Positions 42,458 through 52,126 of a stretch of 63,138 nt of DNA are shown here, in pieces (position 1 is the first letter of the stretch; every line of letters starts with the position of its first letter). Source of the DNA: an uncultured Verrucomicrobiales bacterium (GTDB lineage Bacteria > Verrucomicrobiota > Verrucomicrobiia > Limisphaerales > UBA1100); the NCBI GenBank assembly GCA_964013675.1, contig CAXGXE010000002.1, positions 1-63,138 on the forward strand. The letters run 5' to 3'. Made by a program: the position numbers and the translations under genes. The notes below the pieces were generated by a model that saw nothing but the letters and a program-made list of their open reading frames with translations, was not told where the DNA came from and made no database searches.

Positions 42458-43039
42458 ATGTCCAAGGAAAACGTTTCTTCCCATGAGGATTCCCAGCCGG
42501 ATCGGCGGGATTTTATCAAAGGCGCCTCGTGCGCCATCGGAGCAGCTATTGGCGCGGTGCCGATGGCCGCCGGTGTGCGCGTCGTGCTTGATCCCCTGAC
42601 CCGTCAATCGGAAACGGAAGGGGCCGCGGAGTTTATTCGGCTGACGGATGTGTCCGATTTGTCGGAGGGCGAGCCAATGAAGTTCGCCATTGTTGAGGAT
42701 AAGAAAGACAAATGGAGCCGCTACAAGGATGTGCCGGTTGGGGCGGTGTATTTGCTTAAGACCGCTACCCAGGAGGAGTCGGAGACGTCGATATCTGTGA
42801 TCGCCTATAACACGGTGTGCCCGCATCTGGGTTGTTTTGTTGATTACCGTGAGAAAGAGCAGGATTTTTTCTGTCCCTGCCATGATAGTAATTTTGATTT
42901 AAATGGCAAACTGGTTAAAGGCGTGAGCCCACGTGCTATGGATACATTGGAGGTGGATGAAGAGAAGCTCAAGGCTGGTGAGGTCTGGGTGAAATTTCAA
43001 CGCTTCAAGGGAAACACTAAAGAGAAGATTGCTCTTTAA
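42458..43039 (+). CDS. Rieske [2Fe-2S] subunit of a cytochrome bc-type complex (Tat signal)
   Basis: RRDFIKGASCAIGAA Tat-like leader. Rieske boxes CPHLGC and CPCHDSNF. Confidence 0.85.
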   Translation: MSKENVSSHEDSQPDRRDFIKGASCAIGAAIGAVPMAAGVRVVLDPLTRQSETEGAAEFIRLTDVSDLSEGEPMKFAIVEDKKDKWSRYKDVPVGAVYLLKTATQEESETSISVIAYNTVCPHLGCFVDYREKEQDFFCPCHDSNFDLNGKLVKGVSPRAMDTLEVDEEKLKAGEVWVKFQRFKGNTKEKIAL

Positions 43040-43056
43040 CTCATACGGCCATACGC

Positions 43057-44790
43057 ATGGAACAGATTAAAAAACTTTACGACTGGCTGGATAACCGCAC
43101 GGGTATTCGCGATCACATTCGCGAGACATTGTTCGAAAATGTGCCAGGAGGTTCTAGATGGCGCTATGTTTGGGGTAGTACACTAACCTTCGCCCTGATG
43201 ATTCAGTTCATCACTGGCATTTTCCTGTGGATGGGCTACAGCCCCAGCGGGCAAACCGCGTGGGAGAGTGTATACTATATAAATAACCACATGACCGGCG
43301 GGCATTTTCTACGGGGATTGCATCATTGGACCGCTCAGGTGATGACCGTACTGCTGGTGCTGCACCTCATGCAGGTGGTGATCGATGGCGCCTACCGCGC
43401 GCCGCGCGAGGTAAACTTTTGGTTTGGGGTTATCCTGCTGAAGCTCACGTTGGCGTTGTCGCTGACCGGTTATCTGTTGCCGTGGGATCAGAAAGGTTTT
43501 TGGGCCACCAAGGTGGCGACGGATATTTTGGGTGGCACACCGCTGGTGGGTGAATACTTAAAAACCCTCGTACTCGGTGGTTCCGATTATGGTCATCACA
43601 CACTTACGAGATTCTTCGCATTGCACGCCGGTATCTTACCGATCAGCGTGATCGCACTGACAGCTGGTCATATATATCTTTTCCGAAGGCACGGTATTCA
43701 TCCCAAGAAACCACTCAAGGGCCCGGACGAATTCTTCTGGCCCGAACAGGTGCTCAAGGACGCTGTCGCTTGCTTGGCAGTGTTGGTTACTGTATTGGTG
43801 CTTCACTTTTCATTCAATGGTGCGCATCTCGATGCGCCGGCGGATCCTTCTACCAATTATCCCGCCCGGCCGGACTGGTACTTCTTGTTTCTGTTTCAAT
43901 TCCTGAAGTATTTCCCCGGCCACTGGGAAATACTTGGAGCGATTGTTTTACCGGGTATCGCCATGACTTTGGTGTTCCTCATGCCCATCATTGGTAAGAG
44001 CGAAAAGGGGCATAAGTTTAATGTAGGATTGCTCTTTGGTATTCTTGTGTTTGCTGCCGTTTTGACTTACGCGGCAGTGAATGCAGATAAGAACAACGAA
44101 TCGCTCCAAGCCTCAAAAGCACAGGCTGAGCGCGAGGCGACACTGGTTAAGAAAATGGCCGCTAACGGAATTCCGCCCGAAGGAGCACTGGCTCTTCTCC
44201 AAGGGCCTAAGCTCTTCGCCGCGCATTGCGCTAGCTGCCATACCTATGGCGGGGAAGATGGTCTAGGTGGAAAGGTGGATAAACCCAGTGCGCCCGATCT
44301 TAAGGGGTTTGCAAGCCGTGAGTATCTAACGGAATTACTTCATCCTGAGCGTTATGGTTCTGAGAAATTTTTTGGCAATACCGCGCATATCAAGAAGAGT
44401 AAGATGCTGGGATTCCTTGAGGATGAATTCGAGTTTATTGAGGAAAGTGAAATGGATCAACTAGTCAAAGCCATCTCCGCGGAAGCTAAACTGCCCTCTC
44501 AAGTGAATCTGGATAAATCAGACAAGTCGGACATTGAGGCTGGTCATGAGCTATTTGAAGAGATCGGTTGCGTGGACTGTCACGCGTTAGGAGGATGGAA
44601 TGCAGACGATTACTCTGCACCAGATCTTACTGGCTATGGTTCCCGCGAATGGATGATGGGCATCGTGCATAATCCGGAACACGAACGGTTTTACGGAAGC
44701 AAGAACGACCGCATGCCGGCCTTCGGGCGCGATGAGAAGCTCACTCGCAAACAAATCGAGCGGATCGTCGATTGGCTCCGAGGCGAATAG
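43057..44790 (+). CDS. Cytochrome b (b6 plus subunit-IV-like) fused to a C-terminal dihaem c-type cytochrome
   Basis: The cytochrome b N-domain has WGS...F..MIQFITGIFL, R..HHW.A and LPWDQ. The C-terminal region has two CxxCH sites (CASCH, CVDCH). Confidence 0.8.
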   Translation: MEQIKKLYDWLDNRTGIRDHIRETLFENVPGGSRWRYVWGSTLTFALMIQFITGIFLWMGYSPSGQTAWESVYYINNHMTGGHFLRGLHHWTAQVMTVLLVLHLMQVVIDGAYRAPREVNFWFGVILLKLTLALSLTGYLLPWDQKGFWATKVATDILGGTPLVGEYLKTLVLGGSDYGHHTLTRFFALHAGILPISVIALTAGHIYLFRRHGIHPKKPLKGPDEFFWPEQVLKDAVACLAVLVTVLVLHFSFNGAHLDAPADPSTNYPARPDWYFLFLFQFLKYFPGHWEILGAIVLPGIAMTLVFLMPIIGKSEKGHKFNVGLLFGILVFAAVLTYAAVNADKNNESLQASKAQAEREATLVKKMAANGIPPEGALALLQGPKLFAAHCASCHTYGGEDGLGGKVDKPSAPDLKGFASREYLTELLHPERYGSEKFFGNTAHIKKSKMLGFLEDEFEFIEESEMDQLVKAISAEAKLPSQVNLDKSDKSDIEAGHELFEEIGCVDCHALGGWNADDYSAPDLTGYGSREWMMGIVHNPEHERFYGSKNDRMPAFGRDEKLTRKQIERIVDWLRGE

Positions 44791-44810
44791 AGCCGCGCAC
44801 AATTCAAGAT

Positions 44811-44848
44811 CTCCCCGATTGGCTTCAGGCTGGTCGGGGAGTTTTTTT
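44811..44848 (+). terminator. Intrinsic terminator after the bc-complex genes
   Basis: CTCCCCGATTGGC-ttcag-GCTGGTCGGGGAG (13-bp stem with G-U pairs) followed by TTTTTTT. Confidence 0.75.
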
Positions 44849-45089
44849 GGCGCCTGCGAAGGGGGCAATTGGCGATAAAATCGGCTAATTCCGGACTTGC
44901 CCACAGGCGAATGGAAAAAAACGCCTATTTATGCGGCTATTCACCTAAATCACTGGGGCAAATTGGAATTTGGTGTGAATACTAGAGTGTGAATTACTAT
45001 TTTTTGACGAATCGGTGTCAAATACAGGGGTATTATGACAGTGGTACGTTTTTGGGACTGCGTTTATTCACATTTTAACATGAAAGGTG

Positions 45090-45118
45090 TTGACTCTTTT
45101 TTCAGATACCCCAATATA
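45090..45118 (+). promoter_or_regulatory. Candidate nrdA promoter (TTGACT-N17-AATATA)
   Basis: Read directly in the AT-rich part of the 668-bp spacer upstream of nrdA. Confidence 0.35.
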
Positions 45119-45140
45119 TCGCGCAGTTGATCGAGAGGTC

Positions 45141-45191
45141 ACACCACAGGTTGTGGATACCCTGGTAAATAAGCTCCACAACAGGTTGTGC
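45141..45191 (+). promoter_or_regulatory. Two NrdR-box-like 16-mers (ACACCACAGGTTGTGG at 45141-45156 and CCACAACAGGTTGTGC at 45176-45191)
   Basis: Each matches 11/16 positions of the remembered NrdR consensus acaCwAtATaTwGtgt, with CAC and GTG arms at the correct spacing. They are in tandem, 35 bp apart, upstream of nrdAB. Confidence 0.4.
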
Positions 45192-45458
45192 GGCTTCTGT
45201 GAATAACGACCTGTTTTTACGGAAAAATGAGGCTGTTTCGGACCCAACTTGAATGTGAGCCGTCTTGCGGGCGGGCGACGTACGAGTCGGGCTGTCAACG
45301 AGCCCCGCACGGGCGTGCGGGCTGCTGCCGGGCCACGGCAGCGGGAACGGTTTAACCCAACCTGAACCTACTACGGGCAACCTTGCACCGGCTTGTGTTG
45401 TCTACTGATGAATCGCGGCGTGGCGTGTCGCATGGAAAGAAGACGGAGAAAGATATCC

Positions 45459-48332
45459 ATGATTAATGAGCAGCTCGATGGCCAATTGCGGATGGCCACC
45501 TTGGACCCCCTTGAAGGCAAACAGTTCCAAGTTCGGAAACGAAACGGGAACATCATCGACTTTGATGAAACTCGAATTTATCTTGCTATCGAGGCGGCCC
45601 TGAAGGCCGACGCGGAACTCGACCAGGATACGCCGGCCAACGAAACCATGCAGGCGGCCGCTCAACGGCTCACGCAGGCGGTGGTGGAAAAAAGCCTCAG
45701 CCGCGCCTCTGACGAGGCACCCATCGAGATCGAGCGTATTCAGGACACGGTAGAAGACAAGCTCATGGAGCTGGGCTTCCGCGGTGCAGCAAGGCGTTAC
45801 ATTGTCTACCGTGAAGAACGCCGCAAGGCGCGCGCCATTCGCGGGGATCGCACGGTGGACGGCCAGCCGCAGGAGCAGATGTTCATCACCCTGCCGGACG
45901 GCGAACAGGAGGTGCTCGATCCCGGTCGGCTCAAGCGTGATATCTATGGCGCCTGCCGCGGCGTGGAGGACAAGTGCCAGGCCAATGATCTCTTCGATGA
46001 GACCATGCGCAACCTCTACGATGGTGTGACTACCACCGAGGTAGACAAGGCGATGATCATGTCTGCCAAAGCTCGGATTGAGAATGAGCCGGCCTACACC
46101 TATGTGGCCGCGCGTCTTTTACTGAATCAGATTTATGAGGAAGTGCTGCCGAAGTTCGGTGGACCGGCCGAGTTACCCAAGGTGCACCGCGAACATTTCC
46201 GCGAGTACCTGCAGCAGGGTGTGGCCGCCGAGCGTCTGTCGCCGGATCTGTTGAAGTTCGACCTCGATCAACTGGCCGACGCCCTCGATCTGGAGCGGGA
46301 TCAGCAGTTTGCCTACATGGGAATCCAGACGATCTATGATCGCTACCTCATCCACATCGGCGGCACCCGCATTGAGACACCGCAGTATTTCTACATGCGC
46401 GTGTCTATGGGCTTGGCGGCTAATGAAGCCAACAAAGAGGAGCGTGCGATTGAGTTTTACAATGTGCTCAGCTCTTTTCGGTTTATGTCCTCTACGCCCA
46501 CGCTCTTCAACGCAGGTACGCTGCATCCGCAGCTTTCCTCCTGCTACCTGAGCACGGTGGATGACGATCTCGAGAGTATCTTCAAGCTGGTGGCCGATGA
46601 CGCGCGCCTGTCCAAATGGGCCGGCGGTTTGGGCAATGACTGGACCAATGTTCGCGCCACTGGATCGCATATCAAGGGCACCAACGGCGAAAGCCAGGGC
46701 GTCATTCCGTTCCTCAAGGTGGCCAATGATACTGCGGTGGCCGTGAATCAGGGCGGCAAACGCAAAGGCGCCATGTGCGCTTATCTGGAAACATGGCACC
46801 TCGATATCGAGGACTTCATGGAGCTGCGCAAGAACACCGGTGACGAACGCCGCCGCACGCACGATATGAACACCGCCAATTGGATACCGGACCTATTCAT
46901 GAAGCGTGTGAAGGAGAAGGGTAAGTGGACCCTCTTCAGTCCGAGCGATGTGGAGGATCTGCACGATCTCTACGGCGCGGCGTTCGAGAAACGCTACGAG
47001 GAATACGAGACCATGGCCGAAGCGGGCGAGATTAAGCTCTTCAAGACTGTGGAAGCCGAGGATCTCTGGCGCAAGATACTGATGAGCCTCTTCGAGACGG
47101 GCCATCCGTGGATCACTTTCAAGGATCCCTCTAATGTCCGCTCGCCGCAGGATCACGCGGGCGTGGTGCACAGCTCCAATCTCTGCACCGAGATTCTCCT
47201 GAACACCAGTGCCGAGGAAACTGCTGTATGCAATCTTGGTTCGGTGAATCTTGCTGCTCACCTTAAGGATGGTCAGCTCGACGAGAAGCTTATTGCCCAG
47301 ACTGTTCGTACGGCGATCCGTATGTTGGATAATGTGATTGATATTAATTTCTACCCCACTCCGGAGGCACGCAACGCGAACATGCAGCATCGCCCGGTGG
47401 GCATGGGCGTGATGGCCTTTCAGGATGCGCTCTATCAACTGCGCATTTCCTACGCCAGTCAGGAAGCCGTGGAGTTTGCCGATCACAGCATGGAGATGAT
47501 CTCCTACTACGCCATCCTCGCCTCCAGCGAATTGGCGGCCGAGCGGGGTGCTTACCAAACCTACAAGGGTTCCAAATGGGACCGCGGCTTGCTGCCGATT
47601 GATACCATCGACCTGCTGGAGCAGGAGCGCGGCGGGCATCTCACGCTGGATCGCAGCTCACAGATGGACTGGGCGCCCGTACGTGAATCCATCGCCAAAC
47701 ACGGCGTGCGCAACAGCAACACCATGGCCATTGCGCCCACCGCGACCATCGCCAACATCATCGGCGTGAGCCAATCCATCGAGCCGACCTATAAGAATCT
47801 TTATGCTAAGGCTAATCTCTCCGGTGATTTCATTGTGGCTAATGACTACCTTGTAGAGCAACTGAAGGAGCGGGGTCTGTGGGATGCCCAGATGGTAGAG
47901 GATTTGAAGTACCATGATGGTTCAGTTTTGGAGATTGGCCGGGTTCCTGATGACTTAAAGGATATCTTCCGTACTTCATTTGAAATCGATGCCAAATGGC
48001 TTATTGCCTGTGCGGCGCGCCGGCAGAAATGGATTGATATGGGGCAGTCTCTGAATCTGTACTTTGACATCAATCAGGTACCCGAAGGCCAGAAGACCGG
48101 TCGAGTCCTGAGTGACATGTACTTCTTCGCCTGGGAAGCGGGGCTGAAAACCACCTACTACCTGCGCACGTTGGCCGCCACGCAGATCGAGAAATCGACT
48201 GTGAACATCAACAGCTACGGCGTGCAGCCTAAGTGGATGAAGAGCAAATCTGCCTCCAGCGAAGTGGCCCCTGTGGCCGAGGCGCCGAAGGCCTGCAGTA
48301 TCCTCGATCCCGAGTGCGAAGCTTGCCAGTAA
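45459..48332 (+). CDS. nrdA: Class I ribonucleotide reductase alpha subunit (with ATP-cone)
   Basis: ATP-cone [20 protein letters not shown]. Catalytic region SSCYL, NLCTEI and [10 protein letters not shown]-terminal CEAC. I place the start at the ATG at 45459 (GGAG 10 nt upstream). The ORF is open from 45393. Confidence 0.9.
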   Translation: MINEQLDGQLRMATLDPLEGKQFQVRKRNGNIIDFDETRIYLAIEAALKADAELDQDTPANETMQAAAQRLTQAVVEKSLSRASDEAPIEIERIQDTVEDKLMELGFRGAARRYIVYREERRKARAIRGDRTVDGQPQEQMFITLPDGEQEVLDPGRLKRDIYGACRGVEDKCQANDLFDETMRNLYDGVTTTEVDKAMIMSAKARIENEPAYTYVAARLLLNQIYEEVLPKFGGPAELPKVHREHFREYLQQGVAAERLSPDLLKFDLDQLADALDLERDQQFAYMGIQTIYDRYLIHIGGTRIETPQYFYMRVSMGLAANEANKEERAIEFYNVLSSFRFMSSTPTLFNAGTLHPQLSSCYLSTVDDDLESIFKLVADDARLSKWAGGLGNDWTNVRATGSHIKGTNGESQGVIPFLKVANDTAVAVNQGGKRKGAMCAYLETWHLDIEDFMELRKNTGDERRRTHDMNTANWIPDLFMKRVKEKGKWTLFSPSDVEDLHDLYGAAFEKRYEEYETMAEAGEIKLFKTVEAEDLWRKILMSLFETGHPWITFKDPSNVRSPQDHAGVVHSSNLCTEILLNTSAEETAVCNLGSVNLAAHLKDGQLDEKLIAQTVRTAIRMLDNVIDINFYPTPEARNANMQHRPVGMGVMAFQDALYQLRISYASQEAVEFADHSMEMISYYAILASSELAAERGAYQTYKGSKWDRGLLPIDTIDLLEQERGGHLTLDRSSQMDWAPVRESIAKHGVRNSNTMAIAPTATIANIIGVSQSIEPTYKNLYAKANLSGDFIVANDYLVEQLKERGLWDAQMVEDLKYHDGSVLEIGRVPDDLKDIFRTSFEIDAKWLIACAARRQKWIDMGQSLNLYFDINQVPEGQKTGRVLSDMYFFAWEAGLKTTYYLRTLAATQIEKSTVNINSYGVQPKWMKSKSASSEVAPVAEAPKACSILDPECEACQ

Positions 48333-48369
48333 TTTAACCAACCATTAATCCAACCAAGGAGGAAAACCT

Positions 48370-49431
48370 ATGTCTTGTTGTAATGTTAGCGACCAGCGCC
48401 CAGAGGCTCATGACCTCGCCAAGCGCATCAATGTGGAAGATAAACGGCTCATCAACTGTAAAGCCGTGGATGTTAACCAACTCATGCCCCTCAAGTATGA
48501 CTGGGCCTGGGAGCATTATCTCAACGGTTGCAAAAACCATTGGATGCCTGACGAGGTGTCGATGCAGAAGGATATTGAGCTATGGAAATCCAATAAGCTC
48601 ACCGCCGACGAGCGTCGCGTGATCATGCGCAACCTCGGCTTCTTCAGTACCGCTGAGAGCCTCGTGGGCAACAATATCGTGCTCGCTATATTCAACCACG
48701 TGACCAATCCCGAGTGCCGCCAGTACCTGCTGCGCCAGGCATTTGAGGAGGCCATTCACACGCACACCTTCCATTACATTTGCGAATCACTCAGTCTTGA
48801 TGAGCGTGAGGTATTCAACATGTATCACGAGGTGAATTCCATCAGCGACAAGGATAACTTCGAAATGAAGCTCACCGCCGACATCATGCAGGAAGGCTTC
48901 AACACCGACACCACCGAGGGGATTCAAACCTTTCTCAAGAACCTCATCGGATTCTATGTGATCATGGAAGGCATCTTTTTCTACTCAGGCTTCGTGATGA
49001 TCCTGTCCTTCCATCGCGGCAACCGCATGACCGGGATTGGCGAACAGTTCCAGTACATCATGCGCGATGAATCCATCCACATGAACTTCGGCCTCGACCT
49101 CATCAACGGTATCAAGGCCGAGAATCCCGAGGCTTGGACGCCCGAGTTCCAGAAGGAAATCGCCGGCCTTATTGAGGAAGCCGTGGAGCTGGAGATCGCC
49201 TACGCGCAGGACTGCCTGCCGCGCGGCATCCTCGGCCTCAACGCCGGTCTCTTCCGAGAATACGTGCAACACATCGCCGACCGCCGCCTCGAGCGCATCG
49301 GCTTGGGCACCAAGTACGGCTCGGACAATCCTTTCCCGTGGATGAGTGAGACTATCGATCTAGCCAAGGAGAAAAACTTCTTCGAGACACGTGTTACTGA
49401 ATATCAGACCGCATCCGCTTTAAGTTGGTAG
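48370..49431 (+). CDS. nrdB: Class I ribonucleotide reductase beta subunit
   Basis: Di-iron/tyrosyl motifs ([41 protein letters not shown]). Strong SD CCAAGGAGG 7 nt before the ATG. Confidence 0.9.
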   Translation: MSCCNVSDQRPEAHDLAKRINVEDKRLINCKAVDVNQLMPLKYDWAWEHYLNGCKNHWMPDEVSMQKDIELWKSNKLTADERRVIMRNLGFFSTAESLVGNNIVLAIFNHVTNPECRQYLLRQAFEEAIHTHTFHYICESLSLDEREVFNMYHEVNSISDKDNFEMKLTADIMQEGFNTDTTEGIQTFLKNLIGFYVIMEGIFFYSGFVMILSFHRGNRMTGIGEQFQYIMRDESIHMNFGLDLINGIKAENPEAWTPEFQKEIAGLIEEAVELEIAYAQDCLPRGILGLNAGLFREYVQHIADRRLERIGLGTKYGSDNPFPWMSETIDLAKEKNFFETRVTEYQTASALSW

Positions 49432-49486
49432 GTGGAGAACACTGCGCTGGCGGCATTGCGGTGCCGCCAGCGCCCCTTCAACTCAA

Positions 49487-49523
49487 ACGGTCTCCGTCAA
49501 TAAGTCGGGGGCCGTTTTTTTTT
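49487..49523 (+). terminator. Intrinsic terminator after nrdB
   Basis: ACGGTCTCC-(11-nt loop)-GGGGGCCGT followed by a 9-T run. A perfect 12-bp hairpin at 49444-49473 precedes it. Confidence 0.65.
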
Positions 49524-49559
49524 GCACCCAGATCAGTACCTCGTATCCTGCGCGCATCC

Positions 49560-50129
49560 ATGGGCATACATTCGGATCAATGGATTCGCCAAATGGCAAA
49601 GGAGCACGGCATGATTGAGCCGTTTGCCGACGGCCAAGTGCGCGCCGCCGAGGACGGCAGCCGCGTGATCAGCTACGGCGTCTCCAGCTACGGCTATGAC
49701 CTGCGCGTGTCGGACGAGTTCAAGGTGTTTACCAACGTCTTCAACTCCATCGTCGATCCCAAGGGCTTTGCCGAGGATTCGTTTGTTAACGTCACCGCCG
49801 ATGAATGCATCGTGCCGCCCAACTCTTTTGCGCTCGCGCGCAGCGTGGAATACTTCCGCATCCCGCGTAATGTCCTCACTGTGTGCCTTGGCAAAAGCAC
49901 CTATGCCCGTTGCGGCATCATCGTAAACGTCACCCCTTTCGAGCCCGAATGGGAAGGACACGTGACCCTGGAAATTTCCAACACGACCCCGTTACCCGCC
50001 AAAATCTACGCTAACGAAGGCCTCGCGCAGGTCCTCTTTTTTGAGGCCGAAGAAATTTGCGAGACCAGCTACGCCGACCGCGGCGGCAAATACCAGGGCC
50101 AAACCGGCATCACCATCCCGCGGATGTAA
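49560..50129 (+). CDS. dcd: dCTP deaminase
   Basis: [22 protein letters not shown]...[23 protein letters not shown]...VDPK matches the Dcd N-terminus. I place the start at the ATG at 49560. Confidence 0.85.
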   Translation: MGIHSDQWIRQMAKEHGMIEPFADGQVRAAEDGSRVISYGVSSYGYDLRVSDEFKVFTNVFNSIVDPKGFAEDSFVNVTADECIVPPNSFALARSVEYFRIPRNVLTVCLGKSTYARCGIIVNVTPFEPEWEGHVTLEISNTTPLPAKIYANEGLAQVLFFEAEEICETSYADRGGKYQGQTGITIPRM

Positions 50130-50131
50130 TC

Positions 50132-50761
50132 ATGCTGACCCACGAACTCATCCCGGCGGCCGACAAGGACTCCAAATGGCTGATGGTCGTGCTGCACGGC
50201 CTCGGCGACAGCATGGAAGGCTACCGCTGGCTGCCCACCGGCTTGAATGTGCCATGGCTGAATTACCTGTTGGTTAATGCTCCCGACGATTATCACGGTG
50301 GATTTTCATGGTACGACATCTTTGAGAACCCCGCTCCCGGCGTGGAACGCAGCCGGGCGGCCTTGATGGAACTGCTCGATGCTCAGCAGAAAGCGGGCTT
50401 TCCGGCGGAACAGATTTTTCAATTCGGCTTCAGCCAAGGCTGCCTGATGACCATGGAGATGGCGATGCGTTACCCGCAAAAGCTTGCCGGCTGCATTGGC
50501 GTGAGCGGTTACGTGCACGAACCGGACACTACCTTGCAGGAACTCTCCCCGGTGGCTACGCAACAGGAGATCCTGTTCACTTACGGCACGTTTGATCCCA
50601 TCATCCCGGCAGAAAAAGTGAAGGGTCAGTTGAACCAACTTCAGGCTGATGGCGGCCTGCAGATTGAGGCGAATGAATTCGCCAAGGAACACACCATCGC
50701 TGGCGAGGAAGAACTGAGCCTCATCCGCGATTTCATTCAGGCGCGCGGGCCCCAAGCTTGA
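50132..50761 (+). CDS. Phospholipase/carboxylesterase-family alpha/beta hydrolase
   Basis: LMVVLHGLGDS, nucleophile elbow FGFSQGC, C-terminal H-containing block. The ATG lies 2 nt after the dcd stop. Confidence 0.7.
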   Translation: MLTHELIPAADKDSKWLMVVLHGLGDSMEGYRWLPTGLNVPWLNYLLVNAPDDYHGGFSWYDIFENPAPGVERSRAALMELLDAQQKAGFPAEQIFQFGFSQGCLMTMEMAMRYPQKLAGCIGVSGYVHEPDTTLQELSPVATQQEILFTYGTFDPIIPAEKVKGQLNQLQADGGLQIEANEFAKEHTIAGEEELSLIRDFIQARGPQA

Positions 50762-52097
50762 TCGTTTTAAGGTCCCAATCCTCCCGGCGATCTGAGCCGA
50801 GATACATCTTGGAGGCATAGCGCAAAATGGCATCGGGCGCGCGGCGCACGGGCAGATTTAATGAGCGCCGCAAGGAGGCGATCAACTCGGCGGACAACGC
50901 ATCCAGAGCGACCGGATCGCGACTGATCCACAGTTCGTTGATGGCCGTGGCATAATCGGGCCGCGATTGGTCGCCCTGATGAAATTGGCAAAGAAGCGCA
51001 TCGGTGATGTGCAGGCGCAGTTTGGTTTGCCGGGCTTCCTCCTTGCCGAGCGTGCGGCGTTGCAGGGTGTTACGGCCGTCGGGATGAATGATCTGTTCCC
51101 ATTCGTGAGTGTCTCCGCGAATCAGCAGGGTTTGGCTTCGGCCGGTTTCTTTGGCGGTTTCGTAGGCTAAGGTAAAGGCGGTATGTGGAGGGAGCGCACG
51201 TTCGGCGGCTTCCTCGTAGTAATAAAAAATCTCTCCGGAGGTTTCCAGCAGATGCAAGGGGAACGCGCTATTTGGCTTTTGGGTTTGTAGCTGTTGCAGT
51301 TTTTTTCGAAACACTGGGCCGGGCAGGGCGTGGGAAAAAGCAATGCGATCCAGTAGCTCGGGAATGGCAGGGGTCAGATGCGGAGTGGAGATTCGGAACC
51401 GGTCGGTGTTGTCCGCTGCTGCCATGGCCAGTTCCTGCAAATGCCCGCGCGCGCCATTTTGCCGGTCGGCAATGGGAGGATGAATGCTGATGATCGCCGT
51501 AAGCCGATTGGTGATCAACCGGGATACATGTGACTTGGTGCTGGTTTTGGTTTTTCCAAAGAGATGATCGCCCACGGCAAGTTCCCAGTGCAGGGCGGGC
51601 ACGGTATAGGCATCCCATTCCCCAAAACCCACCTCGCGGCTGCCGGCCAGTTGTACGCCCAATTCGCGGGCCAACGGGGTGTAGCCGGCCCGTTGTAAAT
51701 CGGTCAGGTTACGATCCCAGATCACAATGTTTTTCGCCGGCACACCGCTGGCCATCAGGCTTTGGGCGACGGCCCGCACCACGGCGGGCCGCGTACCGGT
51801 AAGCGTGCCCAATCGGGCGTTGACTTTAAGGCCCACGATATCGTTGGTGGAGATGAGCTGCCGCCAGTGAAAATCAGGGGCCAATGCTTGCAGGCCGGCC
51901 TGCAACATGGCGTTCACGCGGGTTTTGCGTGGTTGAAAATGGCGTGTGGCATCGGCGGCGTGTACCTTGATGACCGGCACTTTGGGCGCTGCCATCAATG
52001 TCGGCGTGGCAAGCAGGAGCCCAAGGATTGCCGTGAATAATCTGCGTTTTCCCGGTGAATAATGCGCCTTTGCCAAATGTGCCAGATTTGCAACCAT
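50733..52097 (-). CDS. DUF362-like protein (secreted or periplasmic)
   Basis: IVGLKVNARLG.LTGTRPAVVRAVAQSLMASGVPAKNIVIWDR resembles the DUF362 core (KPN...T.P.vv.av...l...G...i.i.D). The call is at pattern level only. Confidence 0.45.
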   Translation of the reverse strand: MVANLAHLAKAHYSPGKRRLFTAILGLLLATPTLMAAPKVPVIKVHAADATRHFQPRKTRVNAMLQAGLQALAPDFHWRQLISTNDIVGLKVNARLGTLTGTRPAVVRAVAQSLMASGVPAKNIVIWDRNLTDLQRAGYTPLARELGVQLAGSREVGFGEWDAYTVPALHWELAVGDHLFGKTKTSTKSHVSRLITNRLTAIISIHPPIADRQNGARGHLQELAMAAADNTDRFRISTPHLTPAIPELLDRIAFSHALPGPVFRKKLQQLQTQKPNSAFPLHLLETSGEIFYYYEEAAERALPPHTAFTLAYETAKETGRSQTLLIRGDTHEWEQIIHPDGRNTLQRRTLGKEEARQTKLRLHITDALLCQFHQGDQSRPDYATAINELWISRDPVALDALSAELIASLRRSLNLPVRRAPDAILRYASKMYLGSDRREDWDLKTIKLGARAPE

Positions 52098-52126
52098 GCT
52101 TCCTCACCAAGATAGGTTTTCTACTC

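Noticed and set aside
45240-45400. Possible cobalamin riboswitch in the nrdA leader. B12 riboswitches precede some class I nrd operons, and GGGAACGGTTTAACCC loosely resembles the GGGAA...GGTG..AA.CC core.
   Set aside because: I could not find the B12 box or a GCCACTG-type element in the expected order, and the paired regions do not fit the riboswitch architecture. An Infernal scan with RF00174 would settle it.
49444-49473. Perfect 12-bp hairpin GCGCTGGCGGCA-ttgcgg-TGCCGCCAGCGC just after nrdB.
   Set aside because: No U-tract follows it, so it is not a stand-alone intrinsic terminator. The real terminator appears to be the hairpin plus T9 at 49487-49523. It may stabilise the mRNA 3' end. I saw no second copy in the window that would mark it as a REP-type element.
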